Positions 1 through 8,856 of a stretch of DNA of 64,000 bases are shown piece after piece. The notes beneath the pieces were generated by a model. The model ran no database searches. It was not told where the DNA came from and worked only from the letters and a program-made list of their open reading frames with translations. Both the position numbers and the translations under genes were made by a program. Source of the DNA: Syntrophales bacterium. GTDB lineage: Bacteria > Desulfobacterota > Syntrophia > Syntrophales > UBA2210. The DNA lies in contig CAXXKT010000001.1 of assembly GCA_963662405.2 (NCBI GenBank), positions 1,632,001 to 1,696,000 on the forward strand. Direction: 5' to 3'. The first letter of the stretch is position 1; every line of letters starts with the position of its first letter.

Positions 1-888
1 ATGTGGCAGATCCTCCCACCGCTCATGTTTCTGTGCCTTGGCGCGTTGACCGATTTCGGTCCCATGCTCGCCAATCCCCGAACCCTGCTGTTGGGGGCTG
101 CGGCGCAGTTCGGTGTCTATCTGGCATTCTTCCTGTCCCTGATCTGCGGCTTCAGCATGACGGAGGCGGCATCCATCGGGATCATTGGGGGGGCCGAAGG
201 GCCCACCACCATCTATGTCACGTCACTCCTTGCCCCACATATCATCGGGGCTACGGCCGTCGCCTGTTATTCCTACATGGCGCTGGTCCCCATTATTCTT
301 CCCCCGGTGATACGGCTCCTGACCACGAAGAAGGAGCGGCAGATCTACATGAAACCGTCTCTCCGAAAGGTATCGAAACTGGAGAAGATCCTCTTTCCAC
401 TGATAACAACCATTATCGTCATCCTGATTATTCCCTCATCCGCGCCCCTCATGGGATGTTTCATGGTGGGGAACCTCTTCAAGGAGTGCGGCGTCACGGA
501 TCGACTCAACAAGACGGCTCAGACGACCTTTGTTGACATCATTACGATTTTTCTGACTCTTGCCATCGGTGCGTCAATGCCGGCGCAGAACTTTCTGCAG
601 CCCCGGACGCTCCTGATCCTCATCCTGGGTGTCATCTCCTTTGCCAGTGCGGCGGCGGCGGGGGTTATCCTTGCGAAGGTCATGAACCTGTTCCTGAAGG
701 AGAAGATCAACCCGATGATCGGGGCCGCCGGTGTCTCAGCCGTCCCCATGTCGGCACGGGTTGTTCAGGTGATGGGGCAGAAGGAGAACAAGCAGAACTA
801 TCTCTTGATGCACGCGATGGGGCCCAATGTGGCCGGGGCCATCGGCGCGGCTATTGCCGGTGGTGTATTCCTGGGAATACTGGGATAA
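1..888 (+). CDS. Sodium ion-translocating decarboxylase beta subunit (OadB/GcdB/MmdB family), 5'-truncated by window edge
   Basis: Motifs PPLMFLCLGALTDFGP, LLGAAAQFG, IGIIGGA(E)GPT, YSYMALVP, NPMIGAAGVSAVPMSARV, HAMGPNVAG. Confidence 0.93.
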   Translation: MWQILPPLMFLCLGALTDFGPMLANPRTLLLGAAAQFGVYLAFFLSLICGFSMTEAASIGIIGGAEGPTTIYVTSLLAPHIIGATAVACYSYMALVPIILPPVIRLLTTKKERQIYMKPSLRKVSKLEKILFPLITTIIVILIIPSSAPLMGCFMVGNLFKECGVTDRLNKTAQTTFVDIITIFLTLAIGASMPAQNFLQPRTLLILILGVISFASAAAAGVILAKVMNLFLKEKINPMIGAAGVSAVPMSARVVQVMGQKENKQNYLLMHAMGPNVAGAIGAAIAGGVFLGILG

Positions 889-997
889 AAGCAATTACAA
901 TTCCCTAGAATATTGCTCTATAAACCGATCGGTTACCATGGTCCATTGTTTTTTGTTCATTCAACTATTTCCTGAAATGCAATATCTGGAATGAATA

Positions 998-1084
998 GGT
1001 GCAAATGCAGAATTGATAGACGCACCAGGTTTAGGATCTTATAGGCGTACGCCTGTCCGGGTTCAAATCCCGGCTTCGGCACCA
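998..1084 (+). pseudogene. Degenerate tRNA-Leu(TAG); intact 3' half, decayed 5' half (possible att remnant)
   Basis: Variable arm TAGGC-GTAC-GCCTG, T arm CCGGG-TTCAAAT-CCCGG, CTTCGGC-A-CCA intact; 5' acceptor strand GGTGCAA cannot pair properly with CTTCGGC; D loop has GA instead of GG; anticodon stem CCAGG/TCTTA has two mismatches. Confidence 0.8.
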
Positions 1085-1093
1085 TTCATATGC

Positions 1094-1126
1094 AAAGGGG
1101 TCGGCTTCAAGCCGGCCCTTTTTTTT
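1094..1126 (+). terminator. Intrinsic terminator after tRNA-Leu remnant
   Basis: GGGTCGGC-TTCAA-GCCGGCCC followed by T8. Confidence 0.85.
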
Positions 1127-1327
1127 GCCCGGGTTCGGATGGGGATGCAACATGTTAAGAACAAATATTTTGTTCCTGCCGTCACAGCTGCGAGTCTTAC
1201 CTCTGTGATTTTTCCCCTCGGATGAATACGGGGCTGGACGCAGTTTCCTGTTGAATAGCGAAGTAGTTTCTGTTAGTTAATATTACATGTTAATTGATAG
1301 CTGACCGCGTGGTGTGAAAGGAGGGTT

Positions 1328-1807
1328 ATGCGTTGCCTTGGTGTTATTACCTTTATTCTTATCCTGTCTTCCCTCCTGCCTTTTTCGCATCTGCGCGCGG
1401 GAGAGCTGTACCTGTGGACAGATACCGACGGAGTAATACATATCACGGATACTCGCCGCGCTTTGCCTCACGGCGATGATGTGGAAACGATCCGTTATCG
1501 TGAGGAAAACGATGAACGGAGGGGACAACCGAACCGGACAGGGGATGTTCCTGAAGAAAAAAGTGCGATAAACAGCCTCACGGATGACCAGGTATCCAGA
1601 GCCAAAGAGACATTGAGGCAAGAAAAATGGGAAAGTGAGTTAAAACGCGCCAGAGAAGAATACGAGCAGGCGAAGGTGCTGGTGGAGAAACGAAGGCGTT
1701 ACCATATTCGTCAGTCCGATAAGCACAGTAGAGACAGATATGAACATGCCCTTACACAACTTGCCGAGAAACGGGAACAGGTCAGGGCTTTGCAGAAGAA
1801 ACGGTAA
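1328..1807 (+). CDS. Exported DUF4124-domain protein with C-terminal coiled coil
   Basis: Signal peptide, LYLWTDTDGVIHITD motif, charged helical tail; RBS GGAGG upstream. Confidence 0.75.
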   Translation: MRCLGVITFILILSSLLPFSHLRAGELYLWTDTDGVIHITDTRRALPHGDDVETIRYREENDERRGQPNRTGDVPEEKSAINSLTDDQVSRAKETLRQEKWESELKRAREEYEQAKVLVEKRRRYHIRQSDKHSRDRYEHALTQLAEKREQVRALQKKR

Positions 1808-1858
1808 GAGATGACAATCGTTTAAACTATGAATAAAAATTCGAAGGAGGATTTATTC

Positions 1859-2662
1859 ATGAACAGAAGAATGTGGTTGCTTGTCGCGTGTGTCTTGGGA
1901 GCCCTTTTTATGACTACCGGTTGCATGGAACAATTCGTCCAACCTACCGCCAAGACGGATACGGGAGAGGAGATGCAGCTTCCACCATACAGTGGCCCCA
2001 AGGCAAAAGTCGCGGTCGCCAACTTTGAGTGGAAGGTTGGAGGAAGCAGCAGCACGACGACTATTTCGGGCATGGGACAGGACGTCTCTATCTCTCACTC
2101 CAGAAACGCGGGGTACGCTCAGGGGCTGCGGGATATGCTGACCACCGCCATGGTCCAAAGTAAGCGGTACCGTGTCCTGGAACGACAGAATCTCGGTGCC
2201 CTGAAACAGGAAATGTCGCTCGGCCAACAGGGCTACGCGGACAAGAGCGGTGTCAAGAAGGGCGGCATCAAAGGTGCCGATCTCCTGATCATGGGGGCAG
2301 TTACGGGTTGGGATCCCGCGACATCCGGGACCGGGGGCGGTATCGGTGGTGGCGGTCTTCTGGGTTCGGCAACAGCCATCGTGGGTGGTCTGAAGGGTGC
2401 CTTTAAAAAATCGTCAATGGCTATGGACATACGCATCGTTGATACCCGGACGTCGGAGGTGTTGGCAGCCACTCGTGTCGAGGGAGAAGCAAAGGATGTC
2501 AATCTCGGTGGTTTTCTTGGAGGTTTCGGTGGTGGCGGCGGCATGGTGGGCGGCCTGGGCGGTTTTGCCAAGACTCCCATGGAGAAGGCGATACGAACCT
2601 GCTTATATAATGCCGTGAAATATATCGCTGAGAACACCCCGAAAGAATATATGAAGTATTGA
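1859..2662 (+). CDS. CsgG/HfaB-family lipoprotein
   Basis: RBS AAGGAGG before ATG 1859; lipobox-like TTGC; MLTTAMVQSKRYRVLERQNL, GADLLIMGAVT, DIRIVDTRTSEVL. Confidence 0.8.
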   Translation: MNRRMWLLVACVLGALFMTTGCMEQFVQPTAKTDTGEEMQLPPYSGPKAKVAVANFEWKVGGSSSTTTISGMGQDVSISHSRNAGYAQGLRDMLTTAMVQSKRYRVLERQNLGALKQEMSLGQQGYADKSGVKKGGIKGADLLIMGAVTGWDPATSGTGGGIGGGGLLGSATAIVGGLKGAFKKSSMAMDIRIVDTRTSEVLAATRVEGEAKDVNLGGFLGGFGGGGGMVGGLGGFAKTPMEKAIRTCLYNAVKYIAENTPKEYMKY

Positions 2663-2680
2663 TCTGATCCGATAATCAAT

Positions 2681-2730
2681 AACCCCGCGGCATGTGAGAT
2701 GACCGCACGGTTGTTTCTCTGCCGCGGGTT
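2681..2730. terminator. Long hairpin between convergent genes, probable bidirectional terminator
   Basis: CCCGCGGCA...TGCCGCGGG outer stem with inner GACCG/CGGTT stem. Confidence 0.55.
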
Positions 2731-2731
2731 T

Positions 2732-3271
2732 CTATTTGACCAGCCGGGAGATTTCCCTGAACCGGGTGGACCCGGCTCTCTTCATCATTTCGAAGAGGAC
2801 CATTTCCACGCTGGTTATTTTTGCCCCTTCATCTTTCATTCGTTCGATACCGACGGACCGGTTCTCTCCCGTTCGTGATGAAATGCAATCCGTGACGATG
2901 TGCACGTTGTATCCCCTGCGGATCAGGTCGGCCGTCGTCTGATAGACACAGACATGCGATTCGATGCCGGTCATGAGAATCTCTTTTCGCTTTATCTCCT
3001 CCAGTTCTCTCATGAAGCGGTCCTCCCCGCAGCAGCTGAAACTCGATTTGGGGATGGGGGTGACGTTTCCCAGCAGGGAGGATATCTCGGAGATCGTACC
3101 CCCCAGTTTCTCCGGGACCTGTTCCGTTACGAGTATCGGGATACCCAATAACTCCGTTCCCTTGATGACCTTTCGCAGATTGTCGAGCAGGGCATCTTTT
3201 CCATGCATGACTCGTGCGAGACTTTCTTGGATATCGACCACGAGCAGCAGGCTGTTTTCTATCGTTAACAT
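2732..3271 (-). CDS. Isochorismatase-family cysteine hydrolase (YcaC-like)
   Basis: LLVVDIQE, VTEQVPEKLG, KSSFSCC, GIESHVCVYQT motifs. Confidence 0.9.
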   Translation of the reverse strand: MLTIENSLLLVVDIQESLARVMHGKDALLDNLRKVIKGTELLGIPILVTEQVPEKLGGTISEISSLLGNVTPIPKSSFSCCGEDRFMRELEEIKRKEILMTGIESHVCVYQTTADLIRRGYNVHIVTDCISSRTGENRSVGIERMKDEGAKITSVEMVLFEMMKRAGSTRFREISRLVK

Positions 3272-3334
3272 GTGCCAGTCATTCCCCCCCCGCTCTTCGC
3301 CATATTTCTCGGCGGCGGCGGTTCACGCAGGGTA

Positions 3335-3610
3335 TTAGAGGACGATTTCGATCGCCGGGTCTTCGCGCAGTTGGTTATAGACCCCTGTACGGTGCCTCTC
3401 ATCAACAACCATCACTTCAAGGTTCAAACAGTGGTATTTACCCGTTCTACTGGTATTGGACGGTGTGATCGTGCAGGCGCAGTCCCGGACAATTTTCCCT
3501 ATGGCCTCTTCCATTGCCTTTTCGTCAGGGCCGATTACTTTATAGATCCACCGGCAGGGATATTCCATGACGGGCCTTGGGCCGTTTTCGGTGATCATTC
3601 TTTTTTGCAC
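3335..3610 (-). CDS. DUF493/YbeD-family small protein
   Basis: EYPCRWIYKVIG, SRTGKYHCLNL, ends IEIVL. Confidence 0.85.
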   Translation of the reverse strand: MQKRMITENGPRPVMEYPCRWIYKVIGPDEKAMEEAIGKIVRDCACTITPSNTSRTGKYHCLNLEVMVVDERHRTGVYNQLREDPAIEIVL

Positions 3611-3630
3611 CTCTTTCCCCGGTCGAGCAG

Positions 3631-4731
3631 TCAGTATCGAAAAATAGCGGCGAGGGGGGCATCGTTCGGCATTTCTCCCGGTTTGGTCGGATATACGGTG
3701 CCTCCATTCAGGATCGTCTGTATGGCCGCCAGATCAAGAAGGTCTTCATTGCCGGTCTTGGCCTTTGAGGTCAGCCTGACCGTATCGGTGGTCGGATCGA
3801 ACGTTCCCCATCGCTGAATTCCCACTGGGACGAATAGGATGCCAATACGTCCGTGGAAGGCTCCCCGGACGATCTCTTCGATGTTTTCGGATGTCAGGCC
3901 GGTCCCGGTATTTTGTCGGTACTGTGCCACCGCTTCGGTCTTTTTTGTCTTGGAGACCCTTTCCATGATTGGCCATGCGAGTTCGCTCAACCGCTCGGCA
4001 CTCAGCCCTTCCGGATTACCCGATATCGACGTGTCCAAGAGATGAGCGTAGGTGTTCGCCTCTTTGTATATGGGGAACAGATAGTCCACCCCGGCAAAGA
4101 TGAGGGGCGACTTGTGGTCTCTCAATAGTTCCCGCAGCCCTTTGTCGACGAGCTGAAAGTATTGTAAAATTTTGGCTTTTACATCTTCTGTGCCGGTATG
4201 ACGCTGGAGACGTTTTTCGAAGTCATCAAGATTCAGCGCTTCGTCAAGATTTGCGGGGAGGTTCTCAATGCCTGTTTCAACGATCCGTTGCAGTGAGCAC
4301 CGCACAAACCGGATTTCATTCTGGCTGATTGCGAGGATGGAAAATTCGGCATCTGAGATTAGGACCGGTATCAAAGGTTTCACGTGAAAGCGATCGGTTA
4401 CCACTACCAGTTCCTCGAAGGGTTGCGACAGCCGATAAAAGGTGAACCATTCCGATGACAGGAACAGGGCAAGCCCGTCGCTCTGAGAACTCCAAAAGGG
4501 TACATCTCCCGCCAGTTCCTGCGCCGGTGCGAGCATCTCCTTTATCTCCGAGGGACGCAGATCGCCGCTGGCGAGGAGGCGTTCCTCGGCGCTTCTGAGC
4601 AGATTTTTGTACCGTATCTGATTCTGCTGAATTTCAGGTCCCTTTCTAATCGTAGGCATATAGAGGGAAACACAAATTCCAAGCTGTTGATGCATCAAAG
4701 ACTTGAGTTCGTTTCCGGATAGTATGTCCAT
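3631..4731 (-). CDS. Bacterial archaeo-eukaryotic release factor-like protein (baeRF3/baeRF7 type)
   Basis: CVSLYMPT, DGLALF, FHVKPLIP, ILAISQNEIR, PLIFAGV, GRIGILFV, DLLDLAAIQTILNGGTVY, AAIFRY; no GGQ; RBS AAAGGAG. Confidence 0.8.
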   Translation of the reverse strand: MDILSGNELKSLMHQQLGICVSLYMPTIRKGPEIQQNQIRYKNLLRSAEERLLASGDLRPSEIKEMLAPAQELAGDVPFWSSQSDGLALFLSSEWFTFYRLSQPFEELVVVTDRFHVKPLIPVLISDAEFSILAISQNEIRFVRCSLQRIVETGIENLPANLDEALNLDDFEKRLQRHTGTEDVKAKILQYFQLVDKGLRELLRDHKSPLIFAGVDYLFPIYKEANTYAHLLDTSISGNPEGLSAERLSELAWPIMERVSKTKKTEAVAQYRQNTGTGLTSENIEEIVRGAFHGRIGILFVPVGIQRWGTFDPTTDTVRLTSKAKTGNEDLLDLAAIQTILNGGTVYPTKPGEMPNDAPLAAIFRY

Positions 4732-4762
4732 ACGATCAATCTCCTTTCGTTAAACAGGATTT

Positions 4763-5431
4763 CTAAGGTTTTTTTACGACGGTGGGAAGCCATCGGCAGA
4801 TTGGAGACAGGTACCGCGCCACCTGCCCTTTTCGGGGTATCATGAAGATGAAACACTTTTTCTGATCGGGAACTATCGCAATATGTCTGGTAATGCCGGG
4901 GTCGGGATTTCTGGTGATGAAATCCATGAGGCGAGAGCGTGTCTCAATAGTCTCATAGTACACGTGGAACGTGTGGTCCCCCCACGTTGTCGTTTCCCGG
5001 TTCAGGCGCTCCGGGTGGGTGATCTTTGCCCCGGCGAACCGGGAATACTGTTTTTCTATGAGGTGACATTCTTCCTCCGGTTTGTTCTTGACGTACAGCT
5101 CTATGAATAACCGGTCGTACTTTCTGATCAGTTTTGAAAATGGGAGATACAGCCATGAATGCCGGGGGAGCATGGTGATGGTGGCATCGACGCGCGACAG
5201 GAACGCCCCCTTCTTTCTGATGAAGAGATTGGCATGGTAGCCGATGGCCCCCCCGATATTCGTAAAGGTCTGATCGTCGGGGTGAAACACCTCCATGAGG
5301 TCGTTAAAGGCACTGAGAAAAAGCTCCTTGTTTTGTCTTCTTCCCCAGAAGTAACCGAATGTGAGGAGAAAGGAAAACGCGACAAAGAGAAAAAAGACAG
5401 GTTGTGTTAAAATGTGTTCGTATTTGAACAT
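4763..5431 (-). CDS. Hypothetical protein with N-terminal transmembrane anchor
   Basis: Hydrophobic FFLFVAFSFLLTFGYFWG followed by RRQN; abuts arsA-like stop; alternative GTG start 5449. Confidence 0.65.
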   Translation of the reverse strand: MFKYEHILTQPVFFLFVAFSFLLTFGYFWGRRQNKELFLSAFNDLMEVFHPDDQTFTNIGGAIGYHANLFIRKKGAFLSRVDATITMLPRHSWLYLPFSKLIRKYDRLFIELYVKNKPEEECHLIEKQYSRFAGAKITHPERLNRETTTWGDHTFHVYYETIETRSRLMDFITRNPDPGITRHIAIVPDQKKCFIFMIPRKGQVARYLSPICRWLPTVVKKP

Positions 5432-5442
5432 AGAATCAATGG

Positions 5443-6369
5443 TTACCACGAATCGGGAATAATACCTTCCCGGACATCATACAGGGTGCCTTTCTCCCCG
5501 TCAAGGAGAGTCTTTGACAGCTCAATGCGTTCCAAGAGGACGTCCCCTGCCGTTTTCTTCATCTGATCTTCGACGTGCCTCGCCATCTCTTTATTTGTCT
5601 CCGTTATCTTGTTGTTGATGAGGAGCCGTAAGGGAAGGCCCAGTTCGCGGAGACCTTCGATCAAGCGTTGGGATTCCCTGAGCGAGAGGATATCGGGATT
5701 GAATACCAGGGCGACATGACAGTCTCCGCCGCGGAGGGCACTGTCCAGATCTTGGTAATTTTTGTCCAGCTTCTTCAAACGTTTGAGGATGTCGTCATCC
5801 TCTTCTCTGTAGTCAAGGATGGTTTCTTCCGTGCTCAAGGTCCCCCTGATCCGGTGGATGGTGTAGCGCTTTTCGAGAATCTGCCGCCGTATCTGCATCA
5901 GGCGCTCGATCCAGGTGATGGTCACCTTCGGAAGAGCGAGGAACCGCAGGGTTAGCCCCGTCGGTGGAGTGTCGAAGATGATATAGTCAAACCCGGTCTC
6001 GTCCCGGATGGTTTTCTCTATGCTGGTCAGGAGGGCGTATTCCTCTATCCCGGGGGAGTATTTAAGGATCGAGAAATAGGTGTCGAGATTCAGAGTCTTC
6101 AGGTAGCTGTATGTGTTGGAGAGGACACTGGTCTCTTGTTCCAGATATTCGCGGGACAACTTCTGGAGGTTTACCTCGCTCAGAAAGAGTGTCTTCGTGA
6201 ATTTTTTCTTTCCGTTTCTGATCGTAACCCCAAAGATATCACCAAGGTTATGCGCCGGGTCCAGCGAGACGATCAAGACGCGGGACCGCTGCGAAAGCTG
6301 CCATGCCGCGGCGGCTGCCATGGTCGATTTCCCGACCCCCCCCTTTCCGGTAAAAAAGAAGATCTTCAT
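5443..6369 (-). CDS. ArsA/Get3-family ATPase (single domain)
   Basis: Deviant Walker A GKGGVGKST, SLDPAHNL, PGIEE, FDTPPTG. Confidence 0.9.
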   Translation of the reverse strand: MKIFFFTGKGGVGKSTMAAAAAWQLSQRSRVLIVSLDPAHNLGDIFGVTIRNGKKKFTKTLFLSEVNLQKLSREYLEQETSVLSNTYSYLKTLNLDTYFSILKYSPGIEEYALLTSIEKTIRDETGFDYIIFDTPPTGLTLRFLALPKVTITWIERLMQIRRQILEKRYTIHRIRGTLSTEETILDYREEDDDILKRLKKLDKNYQDLDSALRGGDCHVALVFNPDILSLRESQRLIEGLRELGLPLRLLINNKITETNKEMARHVEDQMKKTAGDVLLERIELSKTLLDGEKGTLYDVREGIIPDSW

Positions 6370-6645
6370 TCAATCGATCCCTATGGTTCCGGCCATTTCC
6401 GCAAGCATGTCCCCCGCGTCCTGAGCCCTTCTGTTCAGGACCTTCATCTCCCGCTCCATGAAGGGCATCAGTTCAACAGCTAGAAACGAAGGGGGGGCGG
6501 GGAGTCCGATGAAGGATCCCAAGAGGAGCAGGGCGAAGATGTTCTCGAGTTCCTTTACCTCGACTCCGGTGAGAGCGGTGACGTTGTCCCGGTGAGAGGC
6601 GTCGAAATCGGAAAGGATCCGTTTGAAAAGTGAGAGAAATCCCAT
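6370..6645 (-). CDS. Small CstA/ArsA-associated protein (resembles cory-CC-star family, lacks terminal CC)
   Basis: ELENIFALLLLGSFIGLPAPPSFLAVELMPF; stop directly abuts ATPase ATG. Confidence 0.65.
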   Translation of the reverse strand: MGFLSLFKRILSDFDASHRDNVTALTGVEVKELENIFALLLLGSFIGLPAPPSFLAVELMPFMEREMKVLNRRAQDAGDMLAEMAGTIGID

Positions 6646-6676
6646 GCTGATATCCCGACACCTGTGGTTGATAGAG

Positions 6677-6705
6677 CCGGTGCATGGGCTCAGCCCATGC
6701 ACCGG
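6677..6705 (-). other. GC-rich hairpin downstream of cstA copy 1
   Basis: CCGGTGCATGGGC-TCA-GCCCATGCACCGG perfect 13-bp inverted repeat, no U tract. Confidence 0.7.
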
Positions 6706-6724
6706 ATGATGTTATTGTAACATG

Positions 6725-8449
6725 TCACTCAACCCTGTACGCCTTCGACTTGATGAAGTCCCAGAAGAAGATGAAGTTCAGGATCAGCATCACGATCAGT
6801 ATGATCATGACGGTCCATCCCGGGACCGGTTTCGCGGCGATAGCACCTGGCTGAACCACGACTACGAACCATAGGATAGCACAAGTCACGGTAATCCACA
6901 ACAACCAAGCCGGGATGACGGCCGCGCCGGCGAAGCTCGATTTCAGTTTCTTGGCTGCGAAGGCGGCCCCGGTCATCAGGGCGATGGATGCGATGAGCTG
7001 GTTCGCCGCGCCGAAGGAACCCCAGATGATCAGCCAGTTTCCGCTCGCCGCCAGCCAGATCCCGATCGCCGCCGGGATGATGGAGGCGATCCAGCGGTTG
7101 GTCAGTAGGTTGTATACCCCCGCGGCTTTGTCCTTCAGGGGCAGGGCCATCTCGGAGAGGCAATAGCGCGCCAGGCGGTTGGTGGTATCCAGGGTCGTCA
7201 TGGCGAAGGAGGCGACCCACATCCCGGCGATGATCTTGACGATCTTTGTCGGGATGAAACCCAGCCACGTCGCATTAACCATGTCGGCATACGATTGGAT
7301 AAAGAGATTTGCCTTGGACAGTTTGACCGATGCTGCGGCCTTGGTGAACATGGCGCCCCAGTTTCCTGCGTTTAGTGTCTCGGCCGTCACCCCCGCGTTC
7401 TGGAGTGCCGTGTATCCGAACCCGGCAATGGAGACGATAACGATCGTAGAGAGGAACCCCTCGGTGAACATCGCGCCATAGCCGATCAGAAGCCCGTCAG
7501 TTTCCTTGGTGAGCTGTTTGGACGTTGTGCCTGAGGCCACCAGGGAGTGGAACCCGGACAGGGACCCGCAGGCGATGATCAGAGGGATCGCCGGCCAGAA
7601 GGGTGTCGGTTTGCCTCCCAGGAGGATCGGGGAGAAGGTCGAGAAAGCGGGCACCTCGAAGCCCCTGAAGGCGAAAACGGCGGCGATGAAACCGATCAGG
7701 AGTCCCGTATAGAGCAGCCACGAATTCAGGTAATCCCGCGGCTGGAGCAGGACATTGACCGGGATGGCGGCGGCGATGATGATATAAAAAAAGGTCGCCC
7801 ACATCCACCCGGTGTAGCTCAGCGTGATCCCTTTCAACGCTCCCAACCAGATGGCGGCGCACAGCATCAGGATACCGATGACCGTCGCAACGGCAAAACT
7901 CATCTTAGTGCGATACATGAAAATGCCCAATATCAGAGCTGCTACGATCATCCAGGCAAATGCAGAGCCGATCTCAGGGGTCTTGACGAACATCCCGCCG
8001 ACGATGGCGGCGAAGGCGGCCACGACGAGGATGAGGAGGAAGAAAACGATCCAGTAGAAGGCCGTCCCCGTCCGTTTCCCGATCAGATCGGTCGCGACGA
8101 ACTGGACCGATTTTCCGTCGTAACGGACCGATGCCATCAGGGCCAGGTAGTCATGGACGGCCCCGATAAAGATGTTGCCGAACCAGACCCATAGAAGACC
8201 CGGGACCCACCCCCAGCAGATCGCCAACGCCGGGCCGATGATCGGAGCGGCGCCGGCGATCGAGGCGAAATGGTGTCCGAAGAGGACCTCTTTTCGTGCT
8301 GCGATGTAGTCGACCCCGTCGTACAGACGTTTCGACGGAGTCTCGTTGCTATCCGATGCCATCACCACTTCTCGTTCCAACTTTTTTCCGTATGTGAAAT
8401 AGAGTATCAGGTAAAGAAGGAACCCTATAATAATAATGAGAGTTGTCAT
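6725..8449 (-). CDS. cstA: Carbon starvation protein A family transporter, copy 1
   Basis: LFGHHFASIAGAAPIIGP, GAVHDY, VLLQPRDYLNS, IACGSLSGFHSLVASGTTSKQL, TTLDT; RBS AAGGAG. Confidence 0.95.
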   Translation of the reverse strand: MTTLIIIIGFLLYLILYFTYGKKLEREVVMASDSNETPSKRLYDGVDYIAARKEVLFGHHFASIAGAAPIIGPALAICWGWVPGLLWVWFGNIFIGAVHDYLALMASVRYDGKSVQFVATDLIGKRTGTAFYWIVFFLLILVVAAFAAIVGGMFVKTPEIGSAFAWMIVAALILGIFMYRTKMSFAVATVIGILMLCAAIWLGALKGITLSYTGWMWATFFYIIIAAAIPVNVLLQPRDYLNSWLLYTGLLIGFIAAVFAFRGFEVPAFSTFSPILLGGKPTPFWPAIPLIIACGSLSGFHSLVASGTTSKQLTKETDGLLIGYGAMFTEGFLSTIVIVSIAGFGYTALQNAGVTAETLNAGNWGAMFTKAAASVKLSKANLFIQSYADMVNATWLGFIPTKIVKIIAGMWVASFAMTTLDTTNRLARYCLSEMALPLKDKAAGVYNLLTNRWIASIIPAAIGIWLAASGNWLIIWGSFGAANQLIASIALMTGAAFAAKKLKSSFAGAAVIPAWLLWITVTCAILWFVVVVQPGAIAAKPVPGWTVMIILIVMLILNFIFFWDFIKSKAYRVE

Positions 8450-8798
8450 TTGCGTTACTCCTTAATTGACTGTAATTTTATCGTTTCGATAGATGTCCAA
8501 CAAAACCAACGAACATTCTTTTGACTTTGAATAGCCCACAACACCTCCTTCCTCGAATTTCAGGTGCGTGCACTACTCCTTCAGGAGGTCAAAGTCAAAT
8601 TTTTTTGACAATTTTTCCTTTGGGCGATCAATATCCGTGGTGATGTAAGGATTTGTAGTTTTGGAGAAAACTATTTCCCTGAGAAGTATTTGATAGAAAG
8701 TACCCGTTTTCCTATCCGGTATGATGGCACTATAAGCGAAGCAATTTGCGAAAAGGCAGGAGTGGTGATACTCAAATAATCTGCGATCTCATGCATGA

Positions 8799-8833
8799 GA
8801 GCCGGTACATGGGGTAAACCCACGTACCGGCTC
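8799..8833 (-). other. GC-rich hairpin downstream of cstA copy 2
   Basis: Transcript-strand GAGCCGGTACGTGGG-TTTAC-CCCATGTACCGGCTC, homologous to 6677-6705. Confidence 0.7.
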
Positions 8834-8856
8834 CACATCACTGCTGTGCAAACATG

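Noticed and set aside
1013..1225. 70-aa ORF over the tRNA remnant (also 12835-13215 over tRNAs)
   Set aside because: Overlaps tRNA sequence and terminator; spurious
5443..6369. Arsenic resistance operon
   Set aside because: Single-domain ATPase without metalloid-binding cysteine set and no arsB/acr3, arsC, arsD or arsR nearby
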